The notes beneath the pieces were generated by a model, which saw only the letters and a list, made by a program, of their open reading frames with translations, was not told the DNA's origin and did no database searches. Of a DNA stretch of 64,000 bases, positions 1-8,255 are shown one piece after another. The stretch covers positions 445,470 through 509,469 of the forward strand of contig CP058998.1 of the NCBI GenBank assembly GCA_013426015.1, written 5' to 3'. Each line of letters opens with the position of its first letter. Position 1 is the stretch's first letter. The position numbers and the translations under genes are program-made. The DNA is from Candidatus Fermentimicrarchaeum limneticum (lineage in GTDB: Archaea > Micrarchaeota > Micrarchaeia > Burarchaeales > Fermentimicrarchaeaceae).

Positions 1-138
1 TGAGGATGGTCTGAGTATGACGACAGCATTCGCGGTTTTCGGTATCATCTCAAATTCATCTTTGGTGCCGGGCCATATGATGCCGCAGCACCCCAAAATC
101 AGCAGAGCCAGCATGAGAAGCAACATTGTTTTTTTCAT
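1..138 (-). CDS. N-terminus of putative lipoprotein (partial, runs off window)
   Basis: Reverse strand reads MKKTMLLLMLALLILGCCGIIWPG..., a hydrophobic signal with LILGC lipobox-like motif; TATA-like TTTTTATA upstream. Confidence 0.6.
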   Translation of the reverse strand, partial: MKKTMLLLMLALLILGCCGIIWPGTKDEFEMIPKTANAVVILRPSS

Positions 139-263
139 GGAGTGGAGATTCTCTTTGCTGATATAAAAACGTATGCTGTTTTGACGCTGCATGACTGTGT
201 GATGCAGGCTTAAATATCAAAAGAGGCATAATCTTTTATACGTTTTTAGAGTTATTAGTCGAT

Positions 264-1223
264 ATGGATTTTACTGCAATACTTGAACTTGCTCCATTTT
301 ATCTGTCTTCACTGGTCTTTCCACTTTTGCTTATTTTGTGGCAAATTGTCGGTAAAAATGAATCAAAAGTTGATTGGATTGTGCGTTTTATTTTTAGTGC
401 TTCATTCATTATCTGGGTTTATTTTTTACTTCCTTGGGCTGGAATCAATTATTATTTAAGATACTTTTTTCCAATAATGTTTTTGATTGCCAGTATTTAT
501 TCTTTTCAAAAAGTATGGATGATTCAATTAAAGACAAAACTTCCAATAAATGCAAAAAAACTTCCTTTATTTAAGAAACTTGGAATCAAAGATTATTTTT
601 ATTATGCTTGTTTACTAATAATGGCAGTTTTGTTTTTGCTTACCGCTATTATCTGCTTTAGAGCGCAGTTCTATCCTGTGGAGGCAGTGCAACTTGAGTT
701 TCCTTTGAAAGGGGGGCAATATTTTTTTGGGGAAGCAGGAAGTAATAGTGCATTAAATAGTCATCATGAATCTAAATCACAGAAATATGCGTATGACATA
801 ATTAAAATAGATTCTCTTGGATTTAGGGGAAAAGGATTTTTTTCAAGTAATTTGTCTGATTATTATATTTTTGATGAAACAGTTTATGCGCCGTGCAGTG
901 GAATTGTTTTTAAGACAAATAATTTTTCAGAGGATATGCCAATTATGCAAAGAAATGAAAAAGAACCTGGCGGGAATCATGTTATTTTGGATTGTTCGGG
1001 GGCGAGAGTTAGTCTTATTCATTTTAAAAAAGGGAGTTTGCTTGTTTTTGAAGGAGAGTTGGTTACAACTGGACAGCCCCTGGGAAAAATAGGCAACTCA
1101 GGAAGAACAACCGAACCGCATCTGCACATTCATGCAGAAAATAGGTTGGGAGAAGGAATTCCAATTGCTTTCAATGGAAAAACTTTTGTAAGAAATGACA
1201 TTTTTAACGCAGAACAAAAATGA
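264..1223 (+). CDS. Membrane-anchored M23 family metallopeptidase
   Basis: N-terminal TM helices; C-terminal APCSG.V, GNHVIL, G..V..GQ.LG.IGNSG.TTEPHLHIH M23 signature. Confidence 0.85.
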   Translation: MDFTAILELAPFYLSSLVFPLLLILWQIVGKNESKVDWIVRFIFSASFIIWVYFLLPWAGINYYLRYFFPIMFLIASIYSFQKVWMIQLKTKLPINAKKLPLFKKLGIKDYFYYACLLIMAVLFLLTAIICFRAQFYPVEAVQLEFPLKGGQYFFGEAGSNSALNSHHESKSQKYAYDIIKIDSLGFRGKGFFSSNLSDYYIFDETVYAPCSGIVFKTNNFSEDMPIMQRNEKEPGGNHVILDCSGARVSLIHFKKGSLLVFEGELVTTGQPLGKIGNSGRTTEPHLHIHAENRLGEGIPIAFNGKTFVRNDIFNAEQK

Positions 1224-1405
1224 TATCATTTGCTTTCTTGCCAAGAAAGAAAGGCGGGTATGGAGTAGGCGGTTATTTTGGAAGTAAAGGACGGGAAGCT
1301 TTTCATAAAGCCAAAGCAATAATTGTTGTTATATTCAATTTTATTTTTGCCCCTAACAAAAGTTTTAAATACTTCAACTCTAAAATTTAATTTATGGAGG
1401 AAAAA

Positions 1406-1570
1406 ATGAAAAAACATGATATTAGCCAATGGCCCATTCCTGCATGCTTATTTATGGGCATCGGAATTGGCTTACTTTTGGTAGATAAATTTCCTATTGC
1501 GATTCCTGCATTTGCACTAATCGGATTCGGACTAGGTATTTTAATCACTTCTTTAATCTCAAGAAAATAG
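1406..1570 (+). CDS. Small 2-TM membrane protein (54 aa, not in ORF track)
   Basis: MKKHDISQWPIPACLFMGIGIGLLL...GFGLGILITSLISRK; GGAGG upstream; in-frame ATG also at 1394. Confidence 0.6.
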   Translation: MKKHDISQWPIPACLFMGIGIGLLLVDKFPIAIPAFALIGFGLGILITSLISRK

Positions 1571-1596
1571 AATGATTCTCAAATTAAAGCGATTAA

Positions 1597-1640
1597 TAGT
1601 CAAATTTTACGTCGTAAAATACGTCTGGCCTCGGACGCTG
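1597..1640 (+). repeat. Double-hairpin dispersed repeat, copy A
   Basis: ATTTTAC-gtc-GTAAAAT followed by CGTCT-ggcctc-GGACG; 35/44 identical to 5777-5820. Confidence 0.7.
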
Positions 1641-1778
1641 TTCAGCAGAACGCGCTCGGCTTGTAGTCTCCGCCGCAGCAGACCCAGTTATTCAGACAGC
1701 ATCGCCACAGTTTAATCCAAAGCTAAAAAATGATTCTAAACTCCGAAAGCAAGGTAAGTGTACTCCATGGCTTTTTTA

Positions 1779-1904
1779 CTAACTCTCAACTCTTATAGGG
1801 CCGACAAGCATTTCTTCAACATCTCTGATGCAACTCCCACAATACACTAAAGACCTGTCTTTCTCAGGGTCAAACAACTTCCCACACGAGGGACATTTGT
1901 TCAT
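1779..1904 (-). CDS. Small Zn-ribbon protein (41 aa)
   Basis: MNKCPSCGKLFDPEKDRSLVYCGSCIRD...; GTGGTGA RBS upstream. Confidence 0.6.
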   Translation of the reverse strand: MNKCPSCGKLFDPEKDRSLVYCGSCIRDVEEMLVGPIRVES

Positions 1905-2040
1905 GTTGTTCACCACAAACAGTAGATATAACTTAGTTATATTTATAGCCGACAGTATACCATGGGTAACTTATTGGCGCAGATTATATCATCTAAAGCC
2001 AAAACAAGCTTAAGTATAACCTCAAACAAATTATTAGTAT

Positions 2041-2291
2041 ATGCCCATAAAGATCCAGAAAAAAGAAGGGAATTTGCGAGGAGATACTACAAAGCATATC
2101 GGGAAAAATATGGAGATAAAGTGAGGGCTTATCCTAGAGAGCATAGAAAGAAAAATATAGAAAAGGCAAGAGCATATGAAAGAGAATGGAGAGGGAGAAA
2201 CGTAGAAAGGGAGAGAGCAAAAGATAGGGAATATTACCAGAAGCATAAAGAAGATATAAGCATAGTGAAAGGGGAAGAGGTGAGCAGATGA
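2041..2291 (+). pseudogene. Frameshifted basic/charged N-terminal part of a virus-type HNH-associated protein
   Basis: ATG CCC -AT AAA GAT CCA GAA would give MPYKDPEKRRE with one extra base; R/K/E/Y-rich helix. Confidence 0.45.
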
Positions 2292-2513
2292 AAATATCTA
2301 CAGACAACGCGATGACACCAATAGAATACCAAAAGAAGAAAGCCGCACACAAGGCAGATGCAGCGAGGAAAAAACAACAGCATAAAGGCGGGGTAAAATG
2401 AGAACTCCGAAAGGTTGTGTCTACAAGGGAAAAAAGAAAAGGAGGGCGAGGTATGAGGCGTTCGTTCTACCTGACGGGACGGTTAGCACTAGGAAAATAA
2501 AAAGGGTGAGCAG

Positions 2514-2681
2514 ATGAAAAAACAGTTTGCAGTTCGGTTTGAGGCAGAGAGTAGCATTAGCTTCTATCGTTGGTTGATAAAGCACAATTTCCCTGAAGGA
2601 TATAATGTTCTATGCTTCAATTGTAATTGTTCTATTGGTGCGCATGGCTATTACCCCCATCAAAAGCCAAAGCAAGGTTGA
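2514..2681 (+). pseudogene. C-terminal fragment of phage-type HNH/Zn endonuclease
   Basis: FYRWLIKHNFPEGYNVLCFNCNCSIGAHGYYPH resembles the C-terminal YRWLIxNNFPxGxQVLCxNCN motif; upstream catalytic part absent. Confidence 0.55.
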
Positions 2682-2760
2682 TGAGTGAGAGTATGGTGGG
2701 AGGCATCTAACAGGTGGTTTTGAGTAAAAAAGGGCTGGAAGGGGCAGAGAAGGTGTTTCA

Positions 2761-3072
2761 GTGACAAAGAAACTCACAATTGACTCAGCGTTCAAGATAG
2801 AGAACATAGTAGCTTCAGCCAATTTGGGAGTGGAGCTTGACCTTTATGTTCTTGCCCAGAAAATCAGGAACATAGAGTATGAGCCAGAGCAGTTTCCAGG
2901 TGCAATACTCAAGCTGAAAGACCCAAAGGCATCTCTTCTGCTCTTCAAGAACGGCAAGGTAATATGCACAGGCTGCAAAAACGAGAGAGAAGTGAAGTAT
3001 GCCTTAGAGCGAGCAATAAAGCTACTGGCTTCCTATGCAAAACCTTTGCCAGTCCCCAAGAAGGAGGGATAG
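2761..3072 (+). CDS. tbp: Single-repeat TATA-binding-protein (TBP) domain protein
   Basis: IENIVASANLGVELDL, EYEPEQFPGAILKLKDPKASLLLFKNGKVICTG = one TBP repeat; in-frame stop at 2725 upstream. Confidence 0.85.
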   Translation: MTKKLTIDSAFKIENIVASANLGVELDLYVLAQKIRNIEYEPEQFPGAILKLKDPKASLLLFKNGKVICTGCKNEREVKYALERAIKLLASYAKPLPVPKKEG

Positions 3073-3203
3073 TTTTCCTAATACTATTCGCCCTAATTTA
3101 AAGGGTTGGTAGGTCGTGGGATTACGCCTTTGTGATTCCACCTCCAACCTACCAAAGCAATCTTAATATACTCGGACACACTATTACTCAAAGGGGTGTT
3201 TTG

Positions 3204-3539
3204 ATGAGAGGAGGTTACATCCTTGAAGGTATCATATACATTATAATCGCTATCGCATTATTTTACGTATCTAAAAATATAGACATTATCTGGTTCCTGC
3301 CGATTAATGCTCTTGGGAGTAACGCTGAAACTGCCGCTTGGATTTTCCAAATGGCGGGTGCTTTAAGTGGTGTTTTAGGATTACTATCATTTCTGTATGG
3401 GCTAATCTCATCACAACCAAAATCAAAAATTGAAATAAAAGTTGAAACAAGAGAATCCGTATATGTCCGTTGCTCAAAATGCAAAACAAAGAATGAGGAA
3501 GACGCAGAGTTTTGCAAGAAATGTGGTAATGAACTCTAA
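3204..3539 (+). CDS. 2-TM membrane protein with C-terminal zinc ribbon
   Basis: Two hydrophobic helices, CSKC...FCKKCG; start moved to ATG 3204 after GGGGTG RBS. Confidence 0.75.
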   Translation: MRGGYILEGIIYIIIAIALFYVSKNIDIIWFLPINALGSNAETAAWIFQMAGALSGVLGLLSFLYGLISSQPKSKIEIKVETRESVYVRCSKCKTKNEEDAEFCKKCGNEL

Positions 3540-3544
3540 ATATC

Positions 3545-3568
3545 AAGCCAAAGCAATCTTAATATACT
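3545..3568 (+). repeat. Junction/promoter motif AAGCCAAAGCAATCTTAATATACT (representative copy)
   Basis: Related copies at 204, 1308, 1996, 2664, 3152, 5757, 8206, 8838, 9680, 12660, 17461 (+) and 16954-16975, 17601-17611 (-). Confidence 0.85.
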
Positions 3569-3588
3569 GAAAAAGGCATAATTTAGGC

Positions 3589-4572
3589 ATGGCAGCATAC
3601 AAGAAAGCCAAGGACACTATAAGAGATAACCTTCAGGATACACCTACAGCCGACCAGTTGAAGGAAGTTTCCGCAGGTGAAAAATATGCCAAACACCTGC
3701 CTTCAAAGGAAGAAATAAAGAAAATTGCGTGGCATATTGAGAAAATCATGAAGGTGAAAGTGAGCGATGCTCTCAGAAACGGGGAGGAAGGCACGAAAGT
3801 CATCCTCGTGCAGGATTTAGAAAAACTCTTAGATGGAAGGGTTAACCAGAGGTTGGAGAGATTTGCGCGGTATCCCCTTGTCGTAGAGCAGTTGAAGCAG
3901 GAAGAGACGAAAGGGTTCGAGCCTGTGAAGCATGCGCCCTCTTATTTTGACCCTTCAGACGGCGCTGTGTACATGATAACGGATAACTTCGAAAAAATCT
4001 ACAAGGAAAAGTGCGAGGAAAAGATGATAGATGCCAATAGCGCTGAGGGCAAAAGATTTAAAAAATTCTTGGAATTCCTCTATTTTGCCCATGAGGAGAT
4101 ACACAAAACAATTGCCGAGAAAAACCCAGCCATTAGAAACAGCAGCTCGGACAGGTGGGCAGAGCTGGCGAAGGTTCTCGAGGAGCACCTTGACGATGAA
4201 AACAAGACTCCGGAAAAGGAGGAGAAGGTTGTCAAATCCATAGAGTCAATCAGGGACAAGTATGACGCCCTAGATACCTGCATGGAGGGTATTGCCCACT
4301 ACGCAGGATACCGGGTCATGTGCAAACTGGGCTACTCCAGCTGGGCCAGTACGGAATTTGGAAACATCAGGAACTACACCGGGACTGAACCCGAGACTCC
4401 TACGTATAAGGAAGTAATGGACGCTTCAAAGGGAATAAAATTCGTGGAAGCAATTCAAAGAAGGATCCATGAAAACCCAATTGCACTCATAATTGAGCAT
4501 CCGCCTACTTCCATGAAGTATATAAATAATCCTGATGAGTACCTGAAAGCCAGGGAGGAAGGGGAGATTTAG
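3589..4572 (+). CDS. Putative zinc metalloprotease (gluzincin-like)
   Basis: FAHEEIH (HExxH) plus downstream MEGIAHYAG third-ligand motif. Confidence 0.6.
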   Translation: MAAYKKAKDTIRDNLQDTPTADQLKEVSAGEKYAKHLPSKEEIKKIAWHIEKIMKVKVSDALRNGEEGTKVILVQDLEKLLDGRVNQRLERFARYPLVVEQLKQEETKGFEPVKHAPSYFDPSDGAVYMITDNFEKIYKEKCEEKMIDANSAEGKRFKKFLEFLYFAHEEIHKTIAEKNPAIRNSSSDRWAELAKVLEEHLDDENKTPEKEEKVVKSIESIRDKYDALDTCMEGIAHYAGYRVMCKLGYSSWASTEFGNIRNYTGTEPETPTYKEVMDASKGIKFVEAIQRRIHENPIALIIEHPPTSMKYINNPDEYLKAREEGEI

Positions 4573-4586
4573 TTTATTCTAAAGCT

Positions 4587-4612
4587 GCGAATGTAACCAT
4601 AGTTACAATCGC
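4587..4612. promoter_or_regulatory. Operator-like palindrome
   Basis: GCGAaTGTAAC-cata-GTTACAaTCGC just upstream of the TTTAAAAA box of the 4668 gene. Confidence 0.35.
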
Positions 4613-4667
4613 TATTCTGTTGCTTGATGGTTTAAAAATAGCAAATGAGCAATAATTAGAGTTTGTT

Positions 4668-5705
4668 ATGGTAGAAGCTACTGCAGAAAAGCCAAGGGAG
4701 GAGTCACCACTGCACAGATTCAGGGATTTGTTCAGAAGGGGTGAGAAGGAGGAAAGACCTTCCGTAGCCTCATTCCTGGAAGCCAGGATGAAGGAAGCTC
4801 CTCAGCACAAGATGCGCTTCGGAATCAATGAATACGCAGGGGAGATGAGGATCAACATAGAGCAGGGGTTCGGTTTTGACAGCAAGCGCGAAACATACGT
4901 GAAGCAGTACCTCAACCTTGTCGGCTCAATTGCGGACATGCTCAAGGATGAGATTACAGGCTATGACAGACTTTCAAAAGAAGGCAAGAAGCAGATGCAG
5001 GAGGACTTCATAGCCGGGATCTGGGGAGTCATATACGGCAATTTGGATGTAAGGTATGGAAATAACAAGCTCGGCTTTCTCTCTGAGTCGCTTGACAGGA
5101 ACCTGTGGGACTGCGACAACTCTTCCACTCTTGTCTTTGATGTTGTAAGGGAGCTGGGCATACCCGTGAAGATGATAGCGGTTCCTGGGCATGTTCTTGT
5201 AGCTACTGAGGATTTCTACTTCGAGACAACGGTGAGGGATCATGCGGCGTATTATCCTATTGAGAAGCTGCACGAGAGATACCCCAGAATACACGCGGAA
5301 ACCTCGGACCGCGAGGTCGTTAACGCGATTGCCTGGGCATCTAAAGGCCTTGCCTGCGCCAGGAAATGGGACGATGACGGCGCCATCTTTGAGTACACCA
5401 TGTCTCTCCAGCGGGATCCGAATAACGCGGATGTATACGTGAACAGGGGGATTGCCCACCAGAGAAAAGGCCAGCTAGGGGAGTCTTACAAGCGAAAAGA
5501 CGAATACAGGAAGGCCATTGACGATTACAGCAAGGCTCTTGAGCTGAACCCTGATCTCATTTCAGTCCATATGGCAAGAGGAGGTCTTTATCTCTCAGAG
5601 AAGAAGTTCTCCAGCGCTCTTGAGGATTTCCTGACTGCTGGCCGGGCTTATGCAAAGAAGTTTTACAACACCGTAAAGGATGCCTGGGCGGATGTTTCCC
5701 GGTGA
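4668..5705 (+). CDS. Transglutaminase-like (Cys-His) domain plus TPR protein
   Basis: WDCDNSS, VPGHV, YFETT; TPR motifs (DPNNADVYVNRG, AIDDYSKALELNP). Confidence 0.7.
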   Translation: MVEATAEKPREESPLHRFRDLFRRGEKEERPSVASFLEARMKEAPQHKMRFGINEYAGEMRINIEQGFGFDSKRETYVKQYLNLVGSIADMLKDEITGYDRLSKEGKKQMQEDFIAGIWGVIYGNLDVRYGNNKLGFLSESLDRNLWDCDNSSTLVFDVVRELGIPVKMIAVPGHVLVATEDFYFETTVRDHAAYYPIEKLHERYPRIHAETSDREVVNAIAWASKGLACARKWDDDGAIFEYTMSLQRDPNNADVYVNRGIAHQRKGQLGESYKRKDEYRKAIDDYSKALELNPDLISVHMARGGLYLSEKKFSSALEDFLTAGRAYAKKFYNTVKDAWADVSR

Positions 5706-5776
5706 CTTTTTTAGTCATGGTTATTTTGATTAAACTTTTCCCAAAAGTTTATTACCAAGCCGAAGCAAGCTTAAAT

Positions 5777-5820
5777 TAGTCCATTTTTACTTCGTAAAAG
5801 TCGTTTTGCCTCAAACGCTG
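5777..5820 (+). repeat. Double-hairpin dispersed repeat, copy B
   Basis: TTTTAC-ttc-GTAAAA and CGTTT-tgcctc-AAACG; directly follows the junction motif at 5757-5776. Confidence 0.7.
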
Positions 5821-5878
5821 ATTCCAAAAAGTTATTCTAGCCGAAAGTATTTTCAATAAAGCCACCGTAACAATTTTC

Positions 5879-7321
5879 ATGAGGTACTGTACAGAATGCG
5901 GGAAAAAGCTTCTCAAACCAAATTTAAAGTACTGCCCTGAATGCGGGGCTGCTCTTTCCAAGGAAACGCCTCCTCCTGTTAGTGCAGAACAGCCACCGGC
6001 TGCGCTTTCAGCCAAAGCTGGAACTGAAAAGCTGGCTGCGGAGGAACCTGCTGCCAGAAGCAGGAAACCGGGATTTCGGCCATTGCGATTTGTTCTTGTT
6101 ATGCTTTTGCTTTTTGGCATAGCGTTCTTAGTTTTGCTTGTGGGTTTACCGATTTTATTTTTCTATCTTAGCGGGGGCTTGCAGGATGGGGGTCAGGATA
6201 GTTGCGCCAATGTGACATGCAGTAACTATTGTAATGGCAATATCCGGTACTATAACGGCTTCTGCGTGGTTGGCCAGTGCCAATATTATCCCGAAGTTTG
6301 CCCCAATGGCTGCAGCAATGACTCGTGCAATTCGCCTAAACCCGTTGAACCTGAATTATCACAAATCTACATCTCCGTGAGTCATGAGAACGAAGATCCG
6401 TATTACGGCAGTTACTGCGACAAGATTAACCCCTATGACCTGAGTGTCCGTGAAGCTGTTTCAGAGGCGATTAAAAAGCATCCTGGGCGTTACAGCGTTG
6501 ACCAGCTTTTTGACATATTCGACTGGGTGAAGGCAAATGTAAGATATCAGAATGTTCCTTTGGGAGGTATTCCTTATCCAGCAGCGGAAACTTTGGTGAC
6601 AAAATCCGGGGATTGCAAGAATCAGGCGGTCTTGGTGACATCTATGATAAGGGCAATAGGAGGTACCGCGAAAGTCGTGGCAGATCCGGGATGCAGTCAC
6701 GCCTATGCAATGGTGTACGCCGGCTCGTCAGAGGCAGAGCTGAGAAATTTGTCACGGGCAATTGCCAGCCATTACGGCTCCAACGCTTCGGTGGATTATT
6801 TTAAGTATAATAACGGTACGGTGAGCTATCTTGTATATAACAACAGCATGTGGATAATCTTCGATACAGCTGCGGGAAATTATCCGGGCACTACACTTAA
6901 GAACTGCTCGGGAAACAGGACGCTCCACATGATTACAAGCTGTTTAGATTGTGTTAATTCATATCCGAATAAGCCCTATACATTCAATGATAAATGTTAC
7001 TCTCAATGCCCTTCGGGGGCGGTTACGGCCAATCAATACGCATGTAAACCCTGTCCGGCAGGTTACCAGAGTTATAATGACCAATGCCTAAAGTGCCCGA
7101 CGGGTCAGATTCTTGGCAACGATGGATTATGCTATCCGACGTGTGGAAACCCCACTACTTATTGTCAATCTGGCTCTCATTGTTATAATAATAAATGTGT
7201 AACATGTCAAGCAGGCTATATTCTGGGTACGGATGGATTATGTTATCAACCGTGTGGAAGTCCTACTACCTATTGTCAATCTGGCTCTTATTGCTCTAAT
7301 GGACGTTGCTACAGGAGCTGA
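5879..7321 (+). CDS. Zn-ribbon/TM/transglutaminase-like surface protein with Cys-rich repeats
   Basis: N-term CTEC..CPEC, TM helix, GDCKNQA/HAY/D triad, C-terminal duplicated ~37-aa Cys-rich repeat (GxDGLCY..CG.PTTYCQSGS.C). Confidence 0.8.
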   Translation: MRYCTECGKKLLKPNLKYCPECGAALSKETPPPVSAEQPPAALSAKAGTEKLAAEEPAARSRKPGFRPLRFVLVMLLLFGIAFLVLLVGLPILFFYLSGGLQDGGQDSCANVTCSNYCNGNIRYYNGFCVVGQCQYYPEVCPNGCSNDSCNSPKPVEPELSQIYISVSHENEDPYYGSYCDKINPYDLSVREAVSEAIKKHPGRYSVDQLFDIFDWVKANVRYQNVPLGGIPYPAAETLVTKSGDCKNQAVLVTSMIRAIGGTAKVVADPGCSHAYAMVYAGSSEAELRNLSRAIASHYGSNASVDYFKYNNGTVSYLVYNNSMWIIFDTAAGNYPGTTLKNCSGNRTLHMITSCLDCVNSYPNKPYTFNDKCYSQCPSGAVTANQYACKPCPAGYQSYNDQCLKCPTGQILGNDGLCYPTCGNPTTYCQSGSHCYNNKCVTCQAGYILGTDGLCYQPCGSPTTYCQSGSYCSNGRCYRS

Positions 7322-7358
7322 TTACGGAAGTAAACCAGATGGAATAGCCAGTTTCTCG

Positions 7359-7398
7359 CAAATTCTAAGTAGTAAAATCGTCATCGCTTCGGACGCTG
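7359..7398 (+). repeat. Double-hairpin dispersed repeat, degenerate copy C
   Basis: 30/40 identical to 1601-1640 (GTAAAAT...TCGGACGCTG). Confidence 0.5.
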
Positions 7399-7480
7399 TA
7401 GACCTTATCGCGTTGATAACCTCAGTAACAGGCTACACACTTTCTACGATTATAATTTAGCTTGTTAGATATTAAACTTT

Positions 7481-7512
7481 GGTGCTCCGACCGCAATCAG
7501 AGGCTTGGACTC
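7481..7512 (-). repeat. tRNA-Glu 3'-end-derived att-like site with conserved inner arm
   Basis: Reverse complement is 27/32 identical to 46536-46567; contains CGGTCGGAGCAC. Confidence 0.75.
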
Positions 7513-7556
7513 AATATATTCCAGTGGTCTATTTTGGGTTCGCTCTATAAGCTATA

Positions 7557-8078
7557 TTATACATCTGCTATACGGTGTAAGCGTTGTAATTGCCAATTAC
7601 GTTCTTTGATGATGCTATTATCTGCGTTGTTAAAATGAGCGGCGACAGCTTTGATAGCATACGCAGGAGCGCCAAAAGCATGAGTGGCAACATGGGGAGT
7701 CGCAGCTGCATGACCGGCAGCACGAGCGGCAAAACATGCTGCATCCTGGCCTGCGCCAAGCGCATCGCGGGCAGCCGCATGGGCCGCAAGTGAGACCTTA
7801 CGCACATCAGCCATTCTAAACACGCCCGTACGTACCCATTCTCGACACGCTTCAATAGCTTTGCGTGGCCTATCATCTTTAGGATACTTCTCTTCGAAAT
7901 ACGGAAGTACATGCTCGGCGCAATCTGCAGCCCAGAGCGCCAATATTTTTTGTTCGGTCTTGAAAGCTTGATGCCCTACAAGCGCTGAAGTTGGCTTGTT
8001 AAGAATCTCTACAACTGACTTGCGCACGTTAGAAACTAATGCAGTTATTTTTGTACTTTTCTGTGTTACACGTTGCAT
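7557..8078 (-). CDS. Imm5-like putative immunity protein
   Basis: LALWAADCAEHVLPYFE..PKDDRPRKAIEA...AARAAGHAAATPHV..HA...ERNWQ. Confidence 0.8.
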   Translation of the reverse strand: MQRVTQKSTKITALVSNVRKSVVEILNKPTSALVGHQAFKTEQKILALWAADCAEHVLPYFEEKYPKDDRPRKAIEACREWVRTGVFRMADVRKVSLAAHAAARDALGAGQDAACFAARAAGHAAATPHVATHAFGAPAYAIKAVAAHFNNADNSIIKERNWQLQRLHRIADV

Positions 8079-8148
8079 GAGTAATTAATAGTGTAACAAG
8101 TTAAATAATGATGTCAGGTGCGATTCCCATCCTCCGACGTGAAAAAAG

Positions 8149-8162
8149 CAGTGCTCCGACCG
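8149..8162 (-). repeat. tRNA-Glu 3'-end copy
   Basis: Reverse complement CGGTCGGAGCACTG is identical to 43357-43370. Confidence 0.7.
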
Positions 8163-8255
8163 AGAAGTTATTTTGTGGTTCAAAAAACCCTCACGCTAAC
8201 TCCTGGAAGCAAGCTTAAAATACCCAAGAATATTAACTACTAACTTGGTGGACTT

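Noticed and set aside
7090-7310. 111-bp-period repeat as a DGR template/variable repeat
   Set aside because: In-frame Cys-rich protein repeat with differences not restricted to adenines; no reverse transcriptase in the window
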